Positions 50,983 to 58,992 of a DNA stretch of 64,000 bases are shown piece by piece. Under the pieces are notes generated by a model. It worked only from the letters and a program-made list of their open reading frames with translations, was not told the origin of the DNA and searched no databases. Position numbers and translations under genes: made by a program. The stretch is taken from assembly GCA_003599235.1 (NCBI GenBank), contig QZJE01000003.1:3779-67778 (forward strand), written 5' to 3'. Source of the DNA: Actinomycetota bacterium. Its GTDB lineage: Bacteria; Actinomycetota; Aquicultoria; SURF-47. Numbering within the stretch: position 1 is the first letter of the stretch; every line of letters begins with the position of its first letter.

Positions 50983-51261
50983 TGCAACATTTTTTTATAA
51001 TTTTTTTTGCAAATCAAATCCAAGCCATTCAAGTGGGGACGGTTCTTAGTGATAACTCAACTACCAGGCATTTATCTAAAGAACCGTCCCCACACCCCCT
51101 CTACTTACTAACCAAAAAGGATTGGGGTATTATTTCGTAAAGTATCTCGAGGCTTAAGCGGGCATGGTTCGCCGACTTAAGGAGGCGGGAGCGTAGCCGA
51201 GAGTTAAGCGGCATTTTCCGCGCTGGGGAAAATCCGCGGCTTGGAGAAATAATGCACCAAT

Positions 51262-51312
51262 CCTTAAGTCTTAAGATTGCCACGGCCCTTCAGGCCTCGC
51301 AATGACGAATGT
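51262..51312 (+). repeat. Element E2, related to E1 (GATTGCCACGGCCCTTCAGGCCTCGCAATGAC)
   Basis: Shares CAATCC...GATTGCCACG-[GC hairpin]-CTCGCAATGAC with 30290-30335. The internal hairpin is compensatory (GCCCC/GGGGC versus GGCC/GGCC). Confidence 0.5.
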
Positions 51313-51315
51313 CAA

Positions 51316-51345
51316 TAAAAAAAGGCCTCATAACGAGGCCTTTTA
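51316..51345. terminator. Bidirectional rho-independent terminator (rnpB 3' end on minus; possible plus-strand transcript from 51120)
   Basis: aaaaaaaggcctcataacgaggcctttt. Confidence 0.75.
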
Positions 51346-51348
51346 GAT

Positions 51349-51703
51349 GAGCAAACTATAAGCCGGATTCTGTACTCTAACAAGCAGAGTGGCAATCATC
51401 TATCTAAGCGATCTACCCGAAGCCTAAAAGACGGGCCGCCCATAGCTTCTTCTTGATCTTGCTCCAAGAGGGGTTTACCAAGCCCCCGCATTACTACGAG
51501 GCTGGTGAGCTCTTACCTCACCGTTTCAGCTCTCCTCCGAAAAAATCGGGGGGTTTTCTTTTCTGTGGCACTTTCCCAGAATCACTTCTGCCCGGCCGCC
51601 TAACTACCAAAGTATCTAAGCGACGGGCTCCCTGCCCTGTGGAGTCCGGACTTTCCTCCCCGCATCTATTTTAAAATAGTGCGAAACGACTGCCCGTTTA
51701 CTC
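51349..51703 (-). ncRNA. rnpB: RNase P RNA, bacterial type A
   Basis: Reverse complement contains GGAGGAAAGUCCGGACUCCACAGGGCAGGG (P4 5' strand), GGGAAAGUGCCACAGAAA, GGUAAGAGCUCACC, and the 3' ACAGAAUCCGGCUUAU. P1 pairs GAGUAAAC with GUUUGCUC. Confidence 0.93.
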
Positions 51704-51846
51704 AAATTAATTTTAACAAATTTTTTTTAACAATGTGTTTATTTTCCACAAGTATTGGTAAAAATACTTAAGTCCGGGGAGGATAAGCTATTTGAAAGGG
51801 CGTATGCCTAAGTAAAATGGCACTATATTCTCTTCGGACGTTTTAA

Positions 51847-52296
51847 TTAAAATAGCTTGTCTTGACAATACAGGAAATCAAATGTCTTTATCTGCCTTTT
51901 CCCATCGGTAAACTCATCAATTGCCGTATTAGCCATTTTGTCGGCTTTTTTATTGTTTTCCCTGTAAGTGTGGCTAATTGTGAAGTAATCGAATAATTTC
52001 GTTAGCTCTTTTACCCTTGCGTGAAGCGTTTTTAAATTATCCTTTTTTATTTTAAAATCGCCCTTAATCTGGCTTACTAGTAATAAGCTGTCTGAGAAAA
52101 CCTTAAGTTTTTTGGTATGTTTTGAAGCTTCTTCAAGCCCGTAGATTAAAGCTAAATATTCAGCCTCGTTATTGGTTTTCTCTCCTAAATATTCACAGCC
52201 TTGATAAACAACATTGTCATTGTCTAATAAAATAACTCCTATGCCTGCCGGGCCGGGATTGCCCCTGGAAGCGCCATCGGTGTATAAAGTCATCAA
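51847..52296 (-). CDS. rnhA: Ribonuclease HI
   Basis: 149 aa. DGASRGNPGPAGIG, catalytic D/E/D/D pattern. Confidence 0.85.
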   Translation of the reverse strand: MMTLYTDGASRGNPGPAGIGVILLDNDNVVYQGCEYLGEKTNNEAEYLALIYGLEEASKHTKKLKVFSDSLLLVSQIKGDFKIKKDNLKTLHARVKELTKLFDYFTISHTYRENNKKADKMANTAIDEFTDGKRQIKTFDFLYCQDKLF

Positions 52297-53000
52297 GGGA
52301 CTAAAATCCTTTCACAGTTCGGACACTTATTTAATTCTTTCGAAGAAGCGATACGGTCTGCCTCTTGGGCCGGCAGCTGAACATGACAGCCCTGACACAA
52401 CCCATCAATTAATGCCGCTACCGCTACCCCGCCAAGTTCTTCTCTTAAACTATCGTATTGAGCCAGTAAGCTCTTGTCGATTTTTGAAGCCTGAGTATCC
52501 CTTTTAGGCAACAACTCTTCTATCTCCTTATCATATGCAGCTGTCTGCTCTACAACCTTACCTTCTAGCTCATTAGATTTTTTAGATAAATCTTCTTTTC
52601 TTGCCTTAATTTTGTTAAGCATATCTTCTATTTCTTGAACACTTTCCATTACCTCTAAGAGGTCATTTTCAATACCATCTTTGTTTTTTTCAAAGTGTTT
52701 TAGTTCTTCTTGGATACTGCCTAATTCTTTAGGATTTGAAACCTTGCCGCTATATAACCTGTCTTGCTCTTTTTTCATTTTCTGCTCTAGCATCGTTATT
52801 TGTGACTCGATTCTATCCTGACTTTGTTTTCGCTGTTTATATGTGTCGTTTGATTTGGCCTCTAAAGAATCTAGTTTAGCGATGTCGGATTGGACTTTTT
52901 CTAACTCTTTTTGCGCCTCTAAGTTGTTTTTTTTGTGCCTTTTACTATCTATTATAGTATCTATTTCTTGCAGTTTAAGAAGATTATCGTGTGGTTGCAT
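52293..53000 (-). CDS. COG1579-type coiled-coil protein with C-terminal C4 zinc ribbon
   Basis: 235 aa. Long coiled coil ending in CQGC...CPNC. Classic partner gene downstream of nif3/yqfO. Confidence 0.7.
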   Translation of the reverse strand: MQPHDNLLKLQEIDTIIDSKRHKKNNLEAQKELEKVQSDIAKLDSLEAKSNDTYKQRKQSQDRIESQITMLEQKMKKEQDRLYSGKVSNPKELGSIQEELKHFEKNKDGIENDLLEVMESVQEIEDMLNKIKARKEDLSKKSNELEGKVVEQTAAYDKEIEELLPKRDTQASKIDKSLLAQYDSLREELGGVAVAALIDGLCQGCHVQLPAQEADRIASSKELNKCPNCERILVP

Positions 53001-54093
53001 AATTTTTTTGCCAGGGGTTTTTCAAATTATAAAATTTTACTTTAATATTTGGACTAAGCTGCTTATTAAGCATAGTGCTAAATCTCTTCATAGCAAAGCT
53101 TTCCAAGTCAAAATGACCCACCTCTATTAAAGATAATCCTAGTTTATTGGCTAAATCAACATGGTGATAACTAATATCGCCTGTCAGATAGACATCGGCT
53201 TTTTGTTTTACAACCTCTGTCAATAATGATGCACCAGAGCCTGTACACACCGCTATTTTTTTTACCAACTTAGCCTTTGTTGTATTGGTGCGAATAAAAG
53301 TAAAATCTTTAGATAATTTTTTGATTAGTCCCGCCATTTTAAGGGGTTTTTCTAAATAGCCGATGCGGCCTAAACCAACATCTGAACTAGTGCTGCCTGG
53401 AGCAAGCTTGTAGACGTCATAGGCTACTTCTTCATAAGGATGGGCTTTTAGCATTGCTTTTCCCACTGCTTTTATTTTTTGCCCAGAAACTATCATCTCC
53501 AGACGGTTTTCTTCAACTTCATTTATAGTATTTATTTGGCCTAATGCCGGATTAGCCCCCAGAAGTGGCCTAAAAGTACCAACACCGCTTGTTCTAAAAG
53601 AAGTATAGTCGTAATTGCCAAGCCTGCCACCGCCAGCTACACTCATCGCTTTATGGACACGCTGGCTATCCTTGTGTGGAACAAATACCACTATTTTATA
53701 TAAATCCGAATCAGGAAGTATTGGCGCTGTATCCTCCAACCCTAAATAGCTAGCCACAATATCGTTTAGCCCGCCTTTTGATTTATCTAAGTTGGTATGG
53801 CAAGCAATGTGATTAATATTGCTAGTTATAGCTTCTTTGATAATTTTGCCGGTTGGATCATCGTATTCAATTTTTTTAATTTCTTTAAAAATAAGTGGGT
53901 GATGAGTGATAATTAAATTACAGCTAGCCTTTCTAGCTGCTTTTATAGAATCAAGGGTTAAATCGAGACACACCAGAACATTATCAATCTTTGCATTGTC
54001 GCTACCTAGGCTTAAGCCAACATTATCCCATGTCTCAGCCAAATTAAACTCAGATATATTATCAAGTAATTCTTTTAAATCCTTAACAAGCAC
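52984..54093 (-). CDS. Nif3-family dinuclear metal-centre protein (YqfO/GTP cyclohydrolase 1 type 2-like)
   Basis: 369 aa. ITHHPLIF and C-terminal HxxxE metal-ligand blocks. Confidence 0.75.
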   Translation of the reverse strand: MLVKDLKELLDNISEFNLAETWDNVGLSLGSDNAKIDNVLVCLDLTLDSIKAARKASCNLIITHHPLIFKEIKKIEYDDPTGKIIKEAITSNINHIACHTNLDKSKGGLNDIVASYLGLEDTAPILPDSDLYKIVVFVPHKDSQRVHKAMSVAGGGRLGNYDYTSFRTSGVGTFRPLLGANPALGQINTINEVEENRLEMIVSGQKIKAVGKAMLKAHPYEEVAYDVYKLAPGSTSSDVGLGRIGYLEKPLKMAGLIKKLSKDFTFIRTNTTKAKLVKKIAVCTGSGASLLTEVVKQKADVYLTGDISYHHVDLANKLGLSLIEVGHFDLESFAMKRFSTMLNKQLSPNIKVKFYNLKNPWQKNYATTR

Positions 54094-54504
54094 TTATAGT
54101 TTCTTAACTTTCTTTAATTTTTTGACAAGGCGCACTACCGTACCCTCTTTCCCTTCATTAATGGTTACTTCATCCATTAATGCTAGCATAAATGGAATCC
54201 CCCTGCCGCGGTGATGAAAAGAAGGGTCATCAATGGGAACTGCCGGCTTAAAAGATCCCTGGTCTGCGACCTTGATGGTGAGTTTTCCTTCTTCAAAGCT
54301 TATGGTAACGGTAACATCGTTGCTCCGTCCTTTTGGAGAACCGTGGTCAATAGCGTTACTGACCGCCTCGCAAACTGCAACTTTCATATCAAAAATGGAA
54401 GACTCGTCAAAATTGCTTTCTGATGCCACCAATTCGATAAATTCGCGAACCTTGCCCAAATTCTTCATATCAGCTTTAATCACTAGTTCGTTCTTTTTCA
54501 TCAA
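54094..54504 (-). CDS. Anti-sigma factor serine kinase (RsbW/SpoIIAB-like, intact HATPase)
   Basis: 136 aa. N-box EAVSNAIDHG, G1 DQG, G2 GRGIPFM. Confidence 0.8.
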   Translation of the reverse strand: MMKKNELVIKADMKNLGKVREFIELVASESNFDESSIFDMKVAVCEAVSNAIDHGSPKGRSNDVTVTISFEEGKLTIKVADQGSFKPAVPIDDPSFHHRGRGIPFMLALMDEVTINEGKEGTVVRLVKKLKKVKKL

Positions 54505-54872
54505 TAACTGCTTCCTTTTAGCTGTTTTTTAGCTTCATCAATATCAGAATACAAACTGAAACTCTTTTGCTCAGTGATTTTTACTAAATCGAGGATTTTC
54601 AAGATATTTTTGTTTTCGGTCACTATCATTAATTCTCCGTTTGTTGGCTGAAGTTTTTGCAGCTGCAAAAACAAAACTGCTATCCCGCCGCTATCTATAT
54701 AAGTCAATTGGCTAAAATCCAAAATAATTTTTTTGTGGCCTTCAAATATTAGCTGGTCTATTTTGTATTCAAGCTCAGGCGCTTTCCAGTGATCAACTTC
54801 TCCCTCGGCAACCACAACCGGGTAATCATCAATTGATTTAATAGCCATAATTCCCCCTATTGTCAACCTCAT
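54501..54872 (-). CDS. STAS-domain anti-sigma-factor antagonist (RsbV/SpoIIAA-like)
   Basis: About 115-123 aa. Phosphorylatable Ser in the DSGG motif. Confidence 0.8.
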   Translation of the reverse strand: MRLTIGGIMAIKSIDDYPVVVAEGEVDHWKAPELEYKIDQLIFEGHKKIILDFSQLTYIDSGGIAVLFLQLQKLQPTNGELMIVTENKNILKILDLVKITEQKSFSLYSDIDEAKKQLKGSSY

Positions 54873-54890
54873 TTATTAATAAATATTATA

Positions 54891-55250
54891 CTAATCATAT
54901 ACTCTTTTAGCTAGGTAAAGCTGGTAATTTTGACCATCCTTGGTTGCCTTAAAATCATCTACTAATGATCGAAATGCATCAAAGCCAAAATGTGGGCAAG
55001 AAAAGAAACCCTCCTTACTAAATTTTTTGATGGGCCCAAGATAGATGGCAATACCGTTATCTTGAGGCACTAGCTTCATTGTTAATCTTTGAGCATGATT
55101 ATTATCAATTACCCGACCCAAAACCTCGGTTACCGCAATTTTTAAATCGTCGATTGAGTCGTCATCTAAGCCAAATTGACGGCTAACACCGGAGACCATT
55201 AATCTTAACATGCTAAGATACTCGGCTTTGGCTGGTATGGATACTTTCAA
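54891..55250 (-). CDS. RsbW-like anti-sigma factor paralog lacking ATP-binding motifs (predicted pseudokinase)
   Basis: 119 aa. N-terminal half aligns with RsbW (AEYLSMLRLMVSGVSRQFGLDDDSIDDLKIAVTEV against B. subtilis [35 protein letters not shown]), but there is no N-box Asn and no G1/G2 boxes. Confidence 0.6.
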   Translation of the reverse strand: MKVSIPAKAEYLSMLRLMVSGVSRQFGLDDDSIDDLKIAVTEVLGRVIDNNHAQRLTMKLVPQDNGIAIYLGPIKKFSKEGFFSCPHFGFDAFRSLVDDFKATKDGQNYQLYLAKRVYD

Positions 55251-55252
55251 AG

Positions 55253-55615
55253 TTACTCCTTAATTGCTGATACCGCTTCGTCTGCTGAGTTAAAAATGGC
55301 AAAAACCTTATTTAGTCCGGTAATTTGGAAAATCTTTAAGATATTGCCTCGATTGCATGCCAGGTTGATTTTGCCTTCGTGCGGCCCTACCCTTTTTAGC
55401 CCACCTACTAATACACCTAAACCAGAGCTATCCATAAAATCAACAGCGTTTAAATCTATTACCATCTTGTATTGATTATTATCGATAACATCTAGAATCC
55501 GGCTTTTAAGCTTGGGAGCAGTATAGACATCGACCTCCCCGCCAACTTCTATTACCGGAACGCCTTCAATTTCTCTTGTTTCTGTCCTAATGTCCATATG
55601 TAACCTCCTGTTCAA
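55253..55615 (-). CDS. STAS-domain anti-sigma-factor antagonist, second copy
   Basis: About 115-120 aa. FMDSSGLG phospho-serine motif. Confidence 0.8.
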   Translation of the reverse strand: MNRRLHMDIRTETREIEGVPVIEVGGEVDVYTAPKLKSRILDVIDNNQYKMVIDLNAVDFMDSSGLGVLVGGLKRVGPHEGKINLACNRGNILKIFQITGLNKVFAIFNSADEAVSAIKE

Positions 55616-55672
55616 AGACTTTAGAGCGTTAGAGCATTAGTTTTTTTCTCTAACACCTAACTCTCTAAATCT

Positions 55673-56461
55673 CTACTCCACTTCCCTGTCGGCTGCTTCC
55701 TCGGCTAACATCCTCTGGCGCAAAATATCCAAGGTGCGCCTTAGAAGCCTGGAAACATGCATTTGACTAATATTTAATTTCTGGGCAATTTCAGTTTGAG
55801 TAAGCCCCTTTATGAACCTGAAAAAAAGTAATTTTTTCTCTGTTGGCCCAAGTATTGAAATAGCATTTACCATGCTCGATCTCTCATAAAAACTAATTAA
55901 ATGCTTGTCTTCTTCGCCGATAAAATCCATTAATGAAAACTCTTCATCGTTTTCTGAAGACCGCTCCGAATCCAGAGATATCAGACTGTAAGCCTTACTA
56001 GTCTCCATAGCTTCGATTACTTCTTCATCACTTACTTTTAACTGCTTGGCTATCTCGGAAATTGTGGGGGACCGCCTTAATTTTTGAGTGAGATTGCCTA
56101 ATATTTCATTTATCTGCTGATTTAGCTCTTGAAGCCTCCTTGGTACGCGTATTGCCCACTTTTGATCCCTGAAATGCCTCTTAAGTGTTCCCACAATCGT
56201 CGGGGTAGCATAAGTAGTAAACTCAACCTGTCTTCCTAAATCAAAACGGTCGACTGCCTTAATTAAACCAATTGTGCCAACCTGTATTAAATCCTCTAAG
56301 GGTTCCCCCCGGCTTTTAAAACGCTTAGCTAGAAATTCCACTAAGTACATATATTCTTCTACTAACCGGTCCCTTATTTCTAAGCTATGGCTTTTTTGGT
56401 ACTTGCGAAAAAGGTTATTTGTCCTTTCTTTCTTTATGGCATTTTGATTTTTCTTTGGCAC
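55673..56461 (-). CDS. Group-3 alternative sigma factor (SigB/SigF-like)
   Basis: 262 aa. Region 2 DLIQVGTIGLIKAVDRFD and region 4 HTH LTQTEIAQKLNISQMHVSRL. Confidence 0.85.
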   Translation of the reverse strand: MPKKNQNAIKKERTNNLFRKYQKSHSLEIRDRLVEEYMYLVEFLAKRFKSRGEPLEDLIQVGTIGLIKAVDRFDLGRQVEFTTYATPTIVGTLKRHFRDQKWAIRVPRRLQELNQQINEILGNLTQKLRRSPTISEIAKQLKVSDEEVIEAMETSKAYSLISLDSERSSENDEEFSLMDFIGEEDKHLISFYERSSMVNAISILGPTEKKLLFFRFIKGLTQTEIAQKLNISQMHVSRLLRRTLDILRQRMLAEEAADREVE

Positions 56462-56478
56462 TTAGCTTTCCCTTATAT

Positions 56479-56868
56479 CTACCATAGGTTTTTGACTAAC
56501 TTGATGTCGTATTTGTTATTCCCTTTCGGCTTAATATCTACCTTATCCATTAAACCGGTTAATATAAAAACGCTATACTTCTTTTCCATGCTATCCTGGA
56601 CAGCTTCTACGTTAGATTTCTTAACCAGAATTTCTAAGCGGTCAGAGAAAAGGTTAAAGTCTAAGTTAAACTCACTATTATCATCAGAGCGAAATGACAG
56701 CAGAAACGCTTCTGCTATGGCCATTTTTAAATCTTCTATCTTATCCCAAGTAAAGTTCATTCTGGCAGCGACAGATGCTACCGCCAGACGAAGAACTGAA
56801 GCATAATTTTCGTTTAGGGGGACGCTAAGACTGATGCTATCACTTGTTGTCTTATCCATAGTTACCAC
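56479..56868 (-). CDS. Second RsbW-like paralog lacking kinase motifs (predicted pseudokinase)
   Basis: 129 aa. ENYASVLRLAVASVAARMNFTWDKIEDLKMAIAEA and FNLFSDRLEILVK align with the RsbW N-terminal half; N-box, G1 and G2 are absent. Confidence 0.55.
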   Translation of the reverse strand: MVTMDKTTSDSISLSVPLNENYASVLRLAVASVAARMNFTWDKIEDLKMAIAEAFLLSFRSDDNSEFNLDFNLFSDRLEILVKKSNVEAVQDSMEKKYSVFILTGLMDKVDIKPKGNNKYDIKLVKNLW

Positions 56869-56970
56869 TCCATTAGTTCAAATCCAAATAATAATTAAGC
56901 GATAACTATATTTTACCCAAAAAACAATTGCTAAAACTAAAAGAGTAAGAAATATGGCTTGTTTAAAACA

Positions 56971-57168
56971 TTAAGCACTTCTTTTCATCAACCTAAGAGC
57001 TGCATTCTTGGCTGATTTTGTGCCTTCTATCCCTTTTTTAGACAACATTTCTCTTGTTTTTTCTCCGGTTTGAGGAGCCATTAATAGAGCTGAGACGGTT
57101 CCAGCCAATGCTCCTGTGAAAAAACCTATTAACCCAAAATAAAAGTTTCTCCATTGATTTTCTGTCAT
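56971..57168 (-). CDS. YtxH-like small membrane stress protein
   Basis: 65 aa. N-terminal TM followed by an amphipathic Lys-rich tail. Confidence 0.5.
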   Translation of the reverse strand: MTENQWRNFYFGLIGFFTGALAGTVSALLMAPQTGEKTREMLSKKGIEGTKSAKNAALRLMKRSA

Positions 57169-57356
57169 GGTTCACCTCCACCTTAGATTATTGCCCGTAA
57201 ATAATGCCTACTAAACTATCTGCTCAATTACCCTTTTTAAATCCTGTTTATTTAGTAATGTACCTTTGAATAAACTCCCGGCCAATTTGGTAATCTAACT
57301 TATTAAGTTTCAAATAACGCATATGCGGAAATATTATTTAAACAAAGGAGATTGAT

Positions 57357-57833
57357 ATGGGTAAAAATAATGAATCAAATAAAAGATTTTTAACAGCTTT
57401 GTGGGCTTTTTTAGCTGGTATTGTCATAACTATTTTAACCACTCCCAAGTCAGGTAAATCAACCAGGAATTGGATTGGCAATCAAGCAAAACATGCAAGA
57501 CATTTAGGTAAAAGAACAATAAGACGGGCCGGTAGCAAAATACGCTATTTTGCCGGTTACGCCAAAGGTTCTTTTTCTAAAGCAAGTGAGTTTTTAAATC
57601 CAACAGTGGAGTTTGCTGATGATGATTTAATAACCGATCGCGTTAAGACCGAATTAGGAGAAAATCCGCTTACTTGGGACTTGCCTGAGCGCTTAAATAT
57701 CAATTGCGAAAATGGTATTGTAATAATCCGCGGCCCTGTTGAAAACTGGCAGCAAAAACAAGATGTTGAAGATGTAATTAAGCAGGTTGAAGGTGTAGTG
57801 GGTTTGGTAAACGACTTGCGGATAGTTGCTTAA
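57357..57833 (+). CDS. YtxH-like N-terminus plus C-terminal BON-domain protein (OsmY-like stress protein)
   Basis: 158 aa. TM segment, then BON-like ...VIIRGPVENWQQKQDVEDVIKQVEGVVGLVNDLRI. Confidence 0.6.
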   Translation: MGKNNESNKRFLTALWAFLAGIVITILTTPKSGKSTRNWIGNQAKHARHLGKRTIRRAGSKIRYFAGYAKGSFSKASEFLNPTVEFADDDLITDRVKTELGENPLTWDLPERLNINCENGIVIIRGPVENWQQKQDVEDVIKQVEGVVGLVNDLRIVA

Positions 57834-57844
57834 ACTAGCTATGT

Positions 57845-57930
57845 CTTGGGGTCCTGTCACCCCGGAAGTCTTTCTGCCGTGCTCATCATATTGCGCGCGG
57901 CCGAAAGCCACCGGCGTGCCACCCCTGCAG
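57845..57930. repeat. GC-rich ~85-nt structured element, copy B (inverted with respect to copy A at 25421-25502)
   Basis: ggggtcctgtcaccccggaagtctttctgccgtgctcatcatattgcgcgcggccgaaagccaccggcgtgccacccc, between the convergent BON-domain gene and the radical-SAM gene. Confidence 0.6.
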
Positions 57931-57935
57931 AATCT

Positions 57936-58829
57936 CTATATATTTCCAAGATACACGTATTTGACTCCCCTCTCTAAAGCTAGCTCCTCTGCCAGCTTAA
58001 GTGTTTTAATTGGCGTGGGGGGTTGGGTATACTGGTAGTTTGGGAAGTAGCGACAGAAATGCAAAGGAACTTTATCTCCAACATTAGCAATAATCCAGTC
58101 TATTAAACCAGCAATATCTTGCTCTTTATCATTTAAGCCAGGCACAATGAGATTTGTTAGCTCGATATGGATTAAGGAAGCTGCTTTTTTTATGGTATTT
58201 AACACCGGTTTTAAGTATCCTGCAAGATTATCGTAAACTTCTTGCTTAATCCCTTTTAAATCGATGTTCATAGCATCGATGAACGGCAATAATTCTTCAA
58301 GAGGCTTGGGGTTAACCATGCCGTTTGTAACCATCACATTGACCAGGCCTGCTTCTTTGGCTTTTTTTGAACAATCCAAGACGAACTCATAAGACATAAA
58401 GGGCTCGTTGTATGTGTAAGCAATGCCGATATTGCCTTGGGCTTTTAGGTTTAAAGCCTCCTCTACCACTTCCCCTGCTGACGTTTGGCTAGTGCCTTCT
58501 TCTATCATAATCTCGGGATTTTCTGGTGTTGAATAACTTTTCGGCTGGGATATCGACCAGTTTTGGCAAAACGGGCATGCTAAATTGCAACCAAGAGCTC
58601 CAATCGAGTAAATCATACTGCCCGGTTTAAAATGATAAAGTGGTTTTTTCTCAATTGGATCCAGATTCTTTGACGAAATCTGCCCGAAGTTTAAGGCCCA
58701 CAGCTTGCCCTCATTATTGTATCTTACTTGGCAAAGACCAACCTCACCTGGATTAATCATGCAACCTTGCGGGCAAAGTAAGCATGTAATTTTACTATCA
58801 ACTTTTTTATAATACTGTGCTTGATGCAT
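57936..58829 (-). CDS. Radical SAM enzyme of the AmmeMemoRadiSam (AmrS) / PFL-activase-like family
   Basis: 297 aa. N-terminal CLLCPQGC plus radical-SAM cluster motif GCNLACPFCQN. Confidence 0.6.
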   Translation of the reverse strand: MHQAQYYKKVDSKITCLLCPQGCMINPGEVGLCQVRYNNEGKLWALNFGQISSKNLDPIEKKPLYHFKPGSMIYSIGALGCNLACPFCQNWSISQPKSYSTPENPEIMIEEGTSQTSAGEVVEEALNLKAQGNIGIAYTYNEPFMSYEFVLDCSKKAKEAGLVNVMVTNGMVNPKPLEELLPFIDAMNIDLKGIKQEVYDNLAGYLKPVLNTIKKAASLIHIELTNLIVPGLNDKEQDIAGLIDWIIANVGDKVPLHFCRYFPNYQYTQPPTPIKTLKLAEELALERGVKYVYLGNI

Positions 58830-58992
58830 ACCTAAAAAATACGCCTTTTTTGCCGAAATATCACTAAATTAATCAACAAATTTACAAATTTTGGTTTCAG
58901 GGGCTTACCTGTTTGGATATAAAGATGTATATTTTACCGTGATAGTATTACCGTTTGTATGGGAATCACTCGATTAAAGGACAAGTAACCCT

